A stretch of DNA of 64,000 nt from Eledone cirrhosa (taxonomy: Eukaryota): positions 286,502,001 through 286,566,000 of the forward strand of contig OZ024741.1 in NCBI GenBank assembly GCA_964016885.1, read 5' to 3'. The notes under the pieces are model-generated. The model searched no databases. It saw only the letters and a program-made list of their open reading frames with translations, and was not told the DNA's origin. The first letter of the stretch is position 1; every line of letters starts with the position of its first letter. The translations under genes and the position numbers were made by a program. This document shows, piece after piece, positions 15,799-28,968 of this stretch.

Positions 15799-17156
15799 CA
15801 TACCAGTGGAGGATCAGTAACATCGTCCCAGTGCCAAAGAAGGGAGATCTCTCTAACACCAACAACTACAGGGGGATCTCACTGACGTCACTTATGACAA
15901 AGACCCTCAACAGGATGATTCTTAACAGGATCCAGCCTGAGATGGAGAAGAAGCTCAGGGACAACCAGAACGGCTTCAGAGAGGGTAGATCAACCACCAG
16001 TCACATCCTGATGCTGAGGAGGATATTAGAGGGAACTAGCGCAAAGTGCCTTCCTGCGGTCATGGTTTTCATTGACTTTAGGAAGGCCTTTGATTCTGTG
16101 GACCGTCACTGCCTGATGAAGATCTTACAGGCTTATGGAATCCCCAAGAAGATAGTGGACCTGATATCACTGCTCTACACCAACACCAAAGCCCAAGTCA
16201 TTACACCTGATGGGATGACAGAGTTCTTTGAGATACTGGCTGGAGTGCTCCAGGGAGATACATTGATTCCCTACCTTTTTATCATCGTAGTGGACTATTG
16301 TATGCGCCTTGCACTGGAGAAACACCAGGACTCTGGCTTTACTGTAGCACCGGCTCAGAGCAGGAGAGTTAAGGCGAAAAAGATATCGGATGCTGAATTT
16401 ACCGACGACATAGTTTTGGTGACAAATACAGTGAAGGAGGCAGAGGATTTGATGCAGGAGCTGGAGACTGTGTCGATGAGTGTGGGGCTGAGAATGATTG
16501 AGACTAAAACAAAATATCGGGTAGAGAATATTGAGAAGCCAGAGATGATTACTAATGTAGGCGGGAAGCCTCTAGAATTGGTTGAGGACTTCCTGTATTT
16601 GGGAGCAAAGATTGGGAATACGGAAGATGATGTGGTTGAGAGGAAGAGCAAGGCCTGGGCGGCGTGTCACAGCTTGAGATCGGTGTGGAGGTCGGACCTT
16701 CGTAAAGACCTGAAAATCCGCCTCTTCATTGATGTGGTGGAGTCTGTGCTGCTGTACGGGTCTGAGACTTGGACCCTGACCAAGAAACTCACTCAGATGG
16801 TGGATGGGTGCTACACGAGAATGCTGAGGATGGCTCTGAACATTAATCAGTATACACTGAGGATGAAAAAACTCAGAGCTGTACGGGAGCCTCCCAAAAG
16901 TCAGCTCAAAAGTGATACAGAGGAGACTGAGGTTAACTGGACATGCTCACCGACATCCAGAGATGACATTGCACTCAGTGCTCCTGTGGGAGCCCCTACA
17001 TGGACACACTGGAAGAGGAAGACCAAGGTTAACGTATGTTGATGCCCTAAGGACAGACACTGGGCTGTTGGAGACGCAGGACATGGCAGCGATAATGAGG
17101 GACAGAGACCGCTGGAGAGAACACGTCCATGGATCTCGGGAATTTTACCCGCCCTA

Positions 17157-17160
<4 letters not shown>
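15799..17160 (+). mobile_element. 5'-truncated RTE-clade LINE inserted in (TA)n
   Basis: GC-richer block with RT ORF and 3' end ggaattttacccgccctaga; (TA)n on both sides. Confidence 0.92.
15831..17157 (+). pseudogene. RTE reverse transcriptase and C-terminal region; 5'-truncated, one frameshift near 16870
   Basis: PKKGDLS..NYRGISL, QNGFR, FIDFRKAFDSV, GVLQGD, FTDD (YADD position), FLYLG, LLYGSETW; continues in another frame as RRLRLTGH..GRGRPRLTYVD. Confidence 0.9.
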
Positions 17161-17195
<35 letters not shown>

Positions 17196-17297
17196 ATTTT
17201 TGTATACAATTAGAAGGGTCGATATATCGAAAACTATATATATTTATTTCTGTGTGTGCGTGTGTGTGTGCGTGTGCGTGTGCGTGTGCGTGTGCGT

Positions 17298-17332
<35 letters not shown>

Positions 17333-18259
17333 CCAGAGTGTGTGAGTGTGTGTACGTATATATTTATGCTATTTTCACTTTTATAATATTGTAATTGATC
17401 TCTTCAAATTTCACAATGCTTTGTTTCGTATTGATAATTCGATATTCCAGGCGTGAAAGGACAAATGTAAAATGCTGACACAAAATTTGGACTAATTCAT
17501 GTAGAAAATATTCCAAAGATATTTCCCAAATAATACTGGCACCACATTTTTACCTATGCAATGTCTCACTTCGAAAACTATTGCCGGCTGTGGTCTCCCT
17601 ATACAATGTGAATATTGAAGCACCCCTGAGGTCAATAATAAATATAGAAAATGCTATGACAGTTCTTTATTTGTGTAGTCATATGTGTGTGTATTATGTG
17701 GAACATTGGAAGAGTCTTTAGGGTGGCAGATTTAATAAGCTTCAGTAATTAGTCCGGCTCATTGCAATCTGTGTTCAAATTTTGCAAAGGAAAACTTTAC
17801 GTTTTATCCTGCTGGTGTCGATTATTATTTTTTTTTTTTTCTAGAAGAAATGGGGGTATTCCATCAAGAAGGAGTTAGGTTCCACCAGGTGTAAAATGAC
17901 CTTCGACTCCATCGGGGATTAAGGCTCTTTACATTTACACGCACGCACACTCACACACATTCACATACACATACACATATATACACACACACATATAGCT
18001 AAAACATCTGATCTTTTCAAAGTTGCTGTGAACTCTATGTCATTTTTATGATATGGCAAATATCCCCTTAAAAATTGACTGAATGGTGTAGGTATAAACA
18101 TTAGAGATCATCGAGTTGTTGTTTGTCCGTCTATGAGCTCATATCATATAACAACATTGCAGCGTAAATATTTCACCTAAATTGGCTATACACTCGTTAA
18201 CATCATATCAAAAGATTCAAGTATTTCTAAATAAGTTTCCCAATAAGTTTCGGTTAACA

Positions 18260-18720
18260 ATAATTACCGGTGTAGGAGTATTCATTAAAATAACAACAGA
18301 AGGCCCGACTGGAAAATTTACTTTAGAATTTTAATTCTGCGAAAGGAGTATACATATTACGATGGCCTAGCTCTATCATTCGATTATGATGCAAGACTAG
18401 GCGACTTCATCAGTGTTATTTGCAGAATTATGTAACAGGTTTACGTGGAACCCAAAGGTAGAATAGAAGATAGGAGATAGAAAGGCTCTGATACCATCAA
18501 CACTATGAACACAGAGCTGGCATATCTAAGAACTGACTAACTGCCTGATGAGGTCATAGCCATTCAATGGCTATCATCGAAATATATATTGCAGTAAATA
18601 AAGGATTATGAAATTGACTTATGTTTCGTCACTATTATAACTCCGGAACTTATATCTTCGTTGAGTGCTCCCTATCCGCATACTGAAGTACTGAATTTTA
18701 CCAACACTAACTTTCTTGTT

Positions 18721-18722
<2 letters not shown>
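18260..18722 (+). mobile_element. Penelope-like element 3' end: decayed GIY-YIG remnant followed by HHR-bearing pseudo-LTR (family F)
   Basis: With frameshifts reads TEGPTGKFTLEF*FC and VICRI-C-N-VYVEPKGRIEDR; HHR at 18545; second pseudo-LTR copy at 26940-27102. Confidence 0.55.
18540..18595 (+). ncRNA. Minimal type I hammerhead ribozyme motif (family F)
   Basis: actgc-CTGATGA-ggtc atagccatt c aatggctat catc-GAAA-tatata-TT-gcagt. Confidence 0.75.
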
Positions 18723-18782
<60 letters not shown>

Positions 18783-18784
<2 letters not shown>

Positions 18785-19272
18785 TAAGATGTATGGTAGG
18801 TCGTATGTGAATCGCGATGATCACGTCTGACTTACCAAATATGTGACGGTAGCTAGTTAAGCTCTATGCGTATACGCAGAGCAGAAATATTAGTGAAAAA
18901 GAACAAAGGAACTATTATGACATTATAACAAGTTTATTGCCGACAGCCGTTTCGTCCGATCCCATGGTGGGACTTATCAGGGCATATAACATGTGATTGC
19001 AAGATCTAATTTTTAAACTTCAATCCCTGACCCCGACAACTATTATAAAAGAGCCCCCTTAGAATATAGACCCCAACTACACAAGCGGAGTTGCTGATGT
19101 ATACCACAATTTCAAACTGCTAGCCTTGAGTGATACGTTGATGTAAACAATGATCTTGCAATCACATGTTATATGCCTTGATAAGTCCCACCATGGGGTC
19201 GGACGAAACGGCTGTCGGCAATAAACTTGTTATAATGTCATAATAGTTCCTTTGTTCTTTTTCACTAATATA
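18783..19272 (-). mobile_element. HHR-bearing fold-back family G
   Basis: ~120-bp arms 18887-19006/19152-19271; tail 18783-18886; (TA)n flanks. Confidence 0.85.
19174..19220 (+). ncRNA. Type I hammerhead motif, U3-A8 core variant
   Basis: tgcc-TTGATAA-gtcc..ggac-GAAA-cggctg-TC-ggca; the mirror arm reads CTGATAA. Confidence 0.7.
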
Positions 19273-19773
19273 TTTATATATATATATATATATATATGTA
19301 AGTATGCATGTATACGTACATACATATATGTATACAGACGTACAGTAGCATGCACATATATATATATATATACATATATACATACATATGCATACAGGTA
19401 CACATACATATATGCACGTATCAGTTTAGCGGCGCTAACGTCGCTTTGTTCGTTTGTAAACAAACTGATACGTGCATATATGTATGTGTACCTGTATGCA
19501 TATGTATGTATATATGTATATATATATATATATGTGCATGCTACTGTACGTCTGTATACATATATGTATGTACGTATACATGCATACTTACATTTAAGTA
19601 AGTGCCATACTAAGAGTGAGAAATGAAATTTCGTTTTCATTTTGTTTCAATTTATCGTTTTCGGTATGCCTGACCGATTTAACTCACTCAATATGCAAAT
19701 TAGGCTGCTCAGCCGTTAATTTTCATAAGGAAAGTATATACTTTCGAACGTTCAACTATCTGGCAGATGGGTA

Positions 19774-19818
19774 AACGGTGCTGATGATAGCTAACAAGCT
19801 TGAAACTAGTACATCGTT
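19774..19818 (+). ncRNA. Minimal type I hammerhead ribozyme, unit 1
   Basis: aacggtg-CTGATGA-t agct aaca agct t-GAAA-ctag-TA-catcgtt; predicted cleavage after 19811. Confidence 0.85.
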
Positions 19819-20239
19819 CCTGTGTCAGTGTTGAACAAAAAGGTGACGTGGTTGCCTTAACACCGTATGGCATAAATTCAGGCTGTTCAGTTTGTTTACA
19901 AACGAACAAAGCGACGTTAGCGCCGCTAAACTGATACGTGCATATATGTATGTGTACCTGTATGCATATGTATGTATATATGTATATATATATATATATG
20001 TGCATGCTACTGTACGTCTGTATACATATATGTATGTACGTATACATGCATACTTACATTTAAGTAAGTGCCATACTAAGAGTGAGAAATGAAATTTCGT
20101 TTTCATTTTGTTTCAATTTATCGTTTTCGGTATGCCTGACCGATTTAACTCACTCAATATGCAAATTAGGCTGCTCAGCCGTTAATTTTCATAAGGAAAG
20201 TATATACTTTCGAACGTTCAACTATCTGGCAGATGGGTA

Positions 20240-20284
20240 AACGGTGCTGATGATAGCTAACAAGCTTGAAACTAGTACATCGTT
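20240..20284 (+). ncRNA. Minimal type I hammerhead ribozyme, unit 2
   Basis: Identical to unit 1, shifted by 466; predicted cleavage after 20277. Confidence 0.85.
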
Positions 20285-20584
20285 CCTGTGTCAGTGTTGA
20301 ACAAAAAGGTGACGTGGTTGCCTTAACACCGTATGGCATAAATTCAGGCTGTTCAGTTTGTTTACAAACGAACAAAGCGACGTTAGCGCCGCTAAACTGA
20401 TACGTGCATATATGTATGTGTACCTGTATGCATATGTATGTATATATGTATATATATATATATATGTGCATGCTACTGTACGTCTGTATACATATATGTA
20501 TGTACGTATACATGCATACTTACATTTAAGTAAGTGCCATACTAAGAGTGAGAAATGAAATTTCGTTTTCATTTTGTTTCAATT

Positions 20585-20619
<35 letters not shown>

Positions 20620-20630
20620 TTATATATATA

Positions 20631-20682
<52 letters not shown>

Positions 20683-20689
<7 letters not shown>

Positions 20690-21035
20690 GTGAGGTTTTT
20701 TTTACAAAATGAAAAATAACCGAGGTGTCCTACACGAGTGGAAGTATAAAGAAAAAGGGATGAAATCGAAAATGCAACTGAAGTCTTATTTTTTTTAAAA
20801 ATATATATATTTATTTGGTTCCTTTACCGGTTTCGCAGTTCTTCTGCTTTTCAAAAGGTGAGTTGAGATGGAGGGTCTGTGGTTTTTCTCAGTGAGAAAA
20901 ACCACAGACCCTCCATCTCAACTCACCTTTTGAAAAGCAGAAGAACTGCGAAACCGGTAAAGGAACCAAATAAATATATATATTTTTAAAAAAAATAAGA
21001 CTTCAGTTGCATTTTCGATTTCATCCCTTTTTCTT

Positions 21036-21040
<5 letters not shown>
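20683..21040 (-). mobile_element. HHR-bearing fold-back family I (apparently perfect ~295-bp palindrome plus tail)
   Basis: Arms 20744-20891/20893-21040 with essentially no spacer; tail 20683-20743. Confidence 0.88.
20926..20963 (+). ncRNA. Minimal type I hammerhead motif, U3-A8 variant (mirror copy on the minus strand at about 20821-20858)
   Basis: cctt-TTGAAAA-gcag aagaa ctgc-GAAA-ccgg-TA-aagg. Confidence 0.8.
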
Positions 21041-21072
<32 letters not shown>

Positions 21073-21073
21073 T

Positions 21074-21104
<31 letters not shown>

Positions 21105-21385
21105 ATTTATATATATATATGTGTATATATATATGTGTGTGGGGGGGGGGGTAATAGGTATAAATCGAAGTTGTAGCCGCAGTATAGCAGGTAGCAATTG
21201 AATTATTTGAGGCAGTCACATAGGACTCAATGGCGAGAAAAGTTAATGTATTTTCATCCAGAGTAAACACAAAGTTAAGAAAGTGTGACACCGGCAAAAA
21301 CAATAAATACAGAGATTAGTGTTCGACCTGCTTGTATTTATCGTTGTTGTGGTATATATATATGGCCACGTGCATTTGGTGTCAC

Positions 21386-21552
<167 letters not shown>

Positions 21553-21782
21553 GCTATATATTCGCTCTAGGGTTCTTATATATTTGATATATATTTATCC
21601 TTATCGAGCCCTCTTTGGATTTTAGTCTTCACATTTATGAGTATTACTATTAATATTTAAATATATATGTATATATATAGAGAAAATTGAGGTTGGTAAT
21701 GGCACATGGAATATATAAGAGACAGAATACTTTTTTGTGAAAAAACATAATTTTATAAGGTAAGGAAATAATAAAGGGTATA

Positions 21783-21831
21783 AAAAATGACCGGTTTCGA
21801 TGGGTCTGCAAAAGCCATCTTTTCAAATGTT
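21783..21831 (-). ncRNA. Minimal hammerhead motif, U3-A8 variant (family J)
   Basis: Minus strand aacat-TTGAAAA-gatgg..ccatc-GAAA-ccgg-TC-atttt; stem I has one mismatch. Confidence 0.6.
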
Positions 21832-22179
21832 GATTAATATTAAGAAAAATTAATAATACGAAGAGTTAAAATTTGAGACTTGAAAATTCAAGTATAAAAT
21901 TCATTGTGGGATTTCATAGCAGTTTTCATCTTGGTAGCAACAACAGGTTGACTGCTGTGTCCCTTTCTGGTAGTGAATGAGAAGTTATTTGGGGTGTGGG
22001 TTATTTTATAAAGGTCAGATTTAGCAATCGCCAGCTGCTGGTCAGTGAGGGGGTGGAAGCAATATACATACACATATCTTCCTGTGATGGGTAGGAGAGT
22101 GGAGCGTGATAGAAAGGGATTTAGTGCACTTACACCTATATATACACACATACCTTCATCCACACATACATACATATAC

Positions 22180-22220
<41 letters not shown>

Positions 22221-22289
22221 CACACATACATACACACACACATACATATACATACACACATACACACACACACATATATATATACACAT

Positions 22290-22340
<51 letters not shown>

Positions 22341-22379
22341 TATATATACATACACATACATCCAGATACACACATACAT

Positions 22380-22469
<90 letters not shown>

Positions 22470-22541
22470 CCCCACACATACATACACACACACACATATA
22501 TATATACATACACACATACAAACATACACACACACACACAC

Positions 22542-22575
<34 letters not shown>

Positions 22576-23089
22576 GCATATATATATATATATATACACA
22601 TACGCATACATCCAGATACCCACATACATACACACACACGCACACACAATACATACATCCACATGCACACACATACACACACACACACATATACACATAC
22701 ATACACCCACACACAGAGAAATGGCCTTCAAATATATATATATATATATACATACAGACACATATATTTTTTCCATAATATAAGAAGTTGGGGCAGTGAA
22801 ATTAAAATACAAGTCATTCTGAGCACATTGAGTTCTTCATGTAGATTGGGCCCCGCAACCGACAGTGGTGAATTCTGTGTGCGCATATATATATAGATAT
22901 ATGTGTGTGCACGTGCAGGGTTTAACATGGATGTGTTGGTCACACAAAGGCATGGTCTGTCAATGAATAAACCTGATTCTACAGAATTGGTCTCTGGTCT
23001 TTAATAGTAGTGATTCCGTGCGTATGTGTGTTTATATTTTATGACAATGTATATATATATATATATATGTGTGTGTATGTATATATGTG

Positions 23090-23205
<116 letters not shown>

Positions 23206-23207
23206 TG

Positions 23208-23245
<38 letters not shown>

Positions 23246-23246
<1 letters not shown>

Positions 23247-23442
23247 CGAAGGAAATGTGGTAAGGAACCAGGTGGACCATAACGCACCAAAGTACTCAAT
23301 ACTTGAGGTAGTAGAGTGGGTAATAGGAACCAGTAAGACCCCGACAGCTGAGCTCAAGCCGTTTCGACGGCTAATTCTGGACTCAGAGTCCAGAATTAGC
23401 CGTCGAAACGGCTTGAGCTCAGCTGTCGGGGTCTTACTGGTT

Positions 23443-23446
<4 letters not shown>
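23246..23446 (-). mobile_element. Fold-back family A, copy 3
   Basis: Reverse complement of copy 1 with ~60-bp arms. Confidence 0.9.
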
Positions 23447-23539
<93 letters not shown>

Positions 23540-23565
23540 GTGTATGTATATATATATATATACAC

Positions 23566-23612
<47 letters not shown>

Positions 23613-23648
23613 AATTATTTATTTATGTATATATATGTATTTTCATGC

Positions 23649-23720
<72 letters not shown>

Positions 23721-23722
<2 letters not shown>

Positions 23723-23790
23723 CATGGTCACAGCCGGTTGGCTACAACAAGTGAAAAGTAAAAGAGTAAAAGAGTAAAAGAGTAAAAGAA
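23721..23790 (+). mobile_element. Retroposon 3' end with (AAGAGTA)n tail
   Basis: agcatggtcacagc..acaagtgaaaagtaaaagagtaaaagagtaaaagagtaaaaga. Confidence 0.55.
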
Positions 23791-24076
23791 TATATATTTG
23801 TATGAATTAAGATCTAATGGATTTCTATTTTATTTAAGAGATATTTGTATTCCATTCTTGTATAACTTTCACAGACTTCATAGAATGTCCTGTACTGAGA
23901 AGAGTATCAAAATAATTGTTAAAGAAACGTATGTTGTATTGATTTGGAGTTCCCAAACTGAACTCTGAAGTATGTTTGTTGAATATGTAATACGTGGTCA
24001 CTAAAACACTATAAAATTATACGTGTACAGAAATATACATAGCCACAAACACACAAACATACACATACACATGCAC

Positions 24077-24139
<63 letters not shown>

Positions 24140-24190
24140 AATATATATATTATGTAGATACATATCTATTATATACACAATATATATATT

Positions 24191-24250
<60 letters not shown>

Positions 24251-24297
24251 AATATATTTGTATATATATATATATATATATATATACAAATATATTG

Positions 24298-24364
<67 letters not shown>

Positions 24365-24409
24365 TATTTGTATATATATATATATAGGTATATATATACA
24401 AAATATATT

Positions 24410-24507
<98 letters not shown>

Positions 24508-24553
24508 AATATATTTGTATATATATATATATGTATATATATACAAATATATT

Positions 24554-24631
<78 letters not shown>

Positions 24632-24650
24632 AATATATATATATATATAT

Positions 24651-24811
24651 AACAAAAGAATTGTGGTAAGGAACCAGATGGACCATGACGCACCAGACTC
24701 AATACTTAGGGTAGTAGAGTAGGAAATAGTATGGAAAAAGTATGACCTCGGCGTCCAGAAATACCCGTCGAAACGGCTTGAGCTCTGCCGTCGGGGTCAG
24801 ACTTTTTCCTA
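24651..24811 (-). mobile_element. Fold-back family A, copy 4 (diverged)
   Basis: Tail and arm homology to copy 1. Confidence 0.8.
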
Positions 24812-25296
24812 TATATATATATATATATATAGTTAAAGAATGGAGATTAACATGGTTGGCTGTACAATAAGGGCTTTATTCAAAGTACTGACGCCGTATC
24901 TGCGACGCCGAGCACTCACAACCTCTAACTGGAATACCTATAACGATAGCTTGTTATCCTATAGATATTTATATACATATATTCATACAAACTTGCATAT
25001 GTATATATATATAAATATGCGTGTGTGTGTGTGTGTCTGTAGTATATATACATACATACATATATATATATGTGTGTGTGTGTGTGGGTGTGAGTGTACA
25101 TATATATATGCATGTATGTATATAAATATATATATATAGGTATGTATACGTGTACATATATATATATATATACATATATTTGTGTTTGTATGTATAATAT
25201 AAATATTTAAATATATATATATATATATATGTACGTAAGTTACAACAATGCATCTTACATAGTATATATTATGCATATATACATGCGTGCACACAC

Positions 25297-25331
<35 letters not shown>

Positions 25332-25359
25332 GATATATATATATGTATATATATATATA

Positions 25360-25608
<249 letters not shown>

Positions 25609-25938
25609 ATGTATGTTTGTATCTATGTTTGCGTGTAATAAAAATAGAATATGAATACATGATATACCGCATTTTAATTTATGTTCTGCTAAATTTTGGT
25701 CCCCTAAATAAGATAGAAAAATATAAATATCTATATATTTTAATCTATATATCCCTTATCAATATCTGTAAGCAGTATATATAATATACACATACATATA
25801 TATTTATACATATATATAAAGAGATACATACGTATATATATATATATATATACGTATATATATATATATATATATACGCATATATATATATATATATGTA
25901 TATATATCTATATGTATATATATATATATGTATATATG

Positions 25939-25980
<42 letters not shown>

Positions 25981-25986
25981 TGTGTA

Positions 25987-26191
<205 letters not shown>

Positions 26192-26219
26192 TACACATAT
26201 ATATATATATATATATATA

Positions 26220-26503
26220 TACCATGCCTTTATTTTTAAATGTTCTCATTCCTTGTATTTTGATCATGCTTTATTTTTATTTATTATTTTTTATATTTTT
26301 GTCTTTATTTGTTAATTTTTCATTCGCACCGTTTCTTTTCGCTATATGTCTCTCCACCACTCCTCTACACACCTTTTGAACTCTTACCTGAAGAAGGGCT
26401 TATGCCCGAAACGTCGTCCTCCACCTACCCCCCCACTCTCCTGAGCGTGAATCTAATAAACATTTGTCGTACTGCCTCTCTGTTCTGTCCCTGTTCAATT
26501 TTT

Positions 26504-26510
<7 letters not shown>
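26220..26510 (+). mobile_element. Penelope-like pseudo-LTR (family K) with minimal HHR and AATAAA
   Basis: CTGAAGA(26388)-agggc ttat gccc-GAAA-cg-TC; AATAAA at 26455; its 3' tail recurs at 43672-43718. Confidence 0.75.
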
Positions 26511-26550
<40 letters not shown>

Positions 26551-26554
<4 letters not shown>

Positions 26555-26742
26555 AACCAGTAAGACCCCGACAGCTGAGCTCAAGCCGTTTCGACGGCTA
26601 ATTCTGGACAGAATTAGCCGTCGAAACGGCTTGAGCTCAGCTGTCGGGGTCTTACTGGTCCCTATTACCCACTCTACTACCTCAAGTATTGAGTACTTTG
26701 GTGCGTTATGGTCCACCTGGTTCCTTACCACATTTCCTTCGT
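26551..26742 (+). mobile_element. Fold-back family A, copy 6
   Basis: Arms plus tail as in copy 1. Confidence 0.9.
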
Positions 26743-26858
26743 TATATATATATATATATATGCGTATATATATATATATACGTATATATATATATATATA
26801 CGTATATGCGTATATATATATATATATATATACGTATATATATATATACGTATATACG

Positions 26859-26936
<78 letters not shown>

Positions 26937-27000
26937 TGTCCTAAGGCTCTGATACCATCAAAACCATAAACACAAAGCTGGCATATCTAAGAACTGACTA

Positions 27001-27056
27001 ACTGCCTGATGAGGTCATAGCCATTCAATGGCTATCTTCGAAATATATATAGCAGT
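27001..27056 (+). ncRNA. Minimal type I hammerhead motif (family F, second copy, within element 26940-27102)
   Basis: actgc-CTGATGA(27006)-..-GAAA(27040)-tatata-TA-gcagt. Confidence 0.75.
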
Positions 27057-27097
27057 AAATAAAGGATTAGGAGTTCATGCAATTGACTTATGTTTCG

Positions 27098-27178
<81 letters not shown>

Positions 27179-27338
27179 GTATATATACCTATAAATATAT
27201 ATATATATACATATACATATACATATAAATATATTTACATATATATATATATATAAAAAACATTTATATATATATAAATATGTATATATATATATATAGA
27301 TATATATATATATATATAAATATATATATATGTGTATG

Positions 27339-27381
<43 letters not shown>

Positions 27382-27386
<5 letters not shown>

Positions 27387-27540
27387 GTGGTAAGGAACCA
27401 GGTGGACCATAACGCACCAGAGTACTCGATACTTAGGGTAGTAGAGTGGGTAATAGGAAAAGAGTCAGGACCCGACGTTCGGATCTAGCTGTCGAAACGG
27501 CCGGAGCTCAGCCGTCGGCGGGGTGCTGACTCTTTTCCTA
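27382..27540 (-). mobile_element. Fold-back family A, copy 7 (subfamily variant)
   Basis: taggaaaagagtcag / ctgactcttttccta arms plus tail. Confidence 0.82.
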
Positions 27541-27704
27541 TATATATATATATATATATACATATATATATACATATATATATATACATCTTTATTTATA
27601 TATTATATATATATACATATGTATATATATATGTGTGTGTGTGTGGTTACCCCCGATTGAACCCGGGATAAACCTATCTTATATATATATATATATATAT
27701 ATAT

Positions 27705-27733
<29 letters not shown>

Positions 27734-27737
<4 letters not shown>

Positions 27738-27945
27738 AACCAGTAAGACCCCGACGGCTGAGCTCAAGCCGTTTCCACGGCTAATTTTTTTTTTTTTTTT
27801 TTTTTTTTAGTCCAGAATTAGCCGTCGAAACGGCTTGAGCTCAGCCGTCGGGGTCTTACTGGTTCCTATTACCCACTCTACTACCCTAAGTATTGAGTAC
27901 TTTGGTGCGTTATGGTCCACCTGGTTCCTTACCACATTTCCTTCG

Positions 27946-27946
<1 letters not shown>
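27734..27946 (+). mobile_element. Fold-back family A, copy 8 (poly-T at the fold-back point)
   Basis: T-run 27785-27808 between the arms. Confidence 0.9.
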
Positions 27947-28006
<60 letters not shown>

Positions 28007-28084
28007 TATATATATATAACTACATATATATATACATATATAAATATTTACTCACACTTATATACATTATATATATGTATGCGC

Positions 28085-28270
28085 GATCTAAGTTCAAATC
28101 CCGCTGTTGTCAACTTTGCCTTTCATCCTTTCGAAGTCGATAAAATAAAGTACCAGCCCAGGACTGGGGTCGAATCATCCTCTATAGAAAAAATCGGCCG
28201 TGTTCAGACCATTAGAGGGTTAGACTCCGCCAGACTTAAAAGAGCCCTCCACAAGGGGTTATGGGATCTA
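28085..28270 (+). mobile_element. tRNA-derived SINE, partial
   Basis: aagttcaaatcccg..gtcaactttgcctttcatcctttcg..ataaagtaccag. Confidence 0.75.
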
Positions 28271-28454
28271 TACCCGTTATATTTTATATGCATATATAAA
28301 TATATAGACACACAAATACTATACATTTATTTATATATATATATATATATGTATGGAGCCAAGAATCTGTGAAACGTTCGTAAACGAGCTTAATTAATAA
28401 AAACCTAAATGTGCAACCTCGTTTTGCTCTTAAAATATAAATGAATATATATGT

Positions 28455-28491
<37 letters not shown>

Positions 28492-28493
28492 GA

Positions 28494-28525
<32 letters not shown>

Positions 28526-28610
28526 TATATGAATATATATATATATATATGAATATATATATATATAATATATATATATGAATATATATATATATGAATA
28601 TATATATATA

Positions 28611-28650
<40 letters not shown>

Positions 28651-28662
28651 TATATATATATA

Positions 28663-28720
<58 letters not shown>

Positions 28721-28735
28721 TATATATATATATGA

Positions 28736-28786
<51 letters not shown>

Positions 28787-28791
<5 letters not shown>

Positions 28792-28948
28792 AAAAAGTCA
28801 GGACCCTGACAGCTGAGCTCCGGCTATTGGGTTAGTTCGGATCTCAGCCGTTTGGGGTCCTGACTCTTTTCCTACCCACTCTACTACCCTAAGTATCGAG
28901 TAGTCTGGTGGGTTATGGTCCACCCGGTATCTTACTACAACTTTCTTT
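28787..28948 (+). mobile_element. Fold-back family A, copy 9 (diverged)
   Basis: Arm and tail homology. Confidence 0.8.
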
Positions 28949-28968
28949 TATATATATATATATATATA

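Larger units (their letters stand above)
19296..20585 (+). mobile_element. Retrozyme-like insertion: 466-bp HHR-bearing monomer x2.4 with a 5' inverted segment
   Basis: Period 466 (ORF track 19709/20175, 19825/20291); inverted part 19296-19468; ends in (TA)n. Confidence 0.85.
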
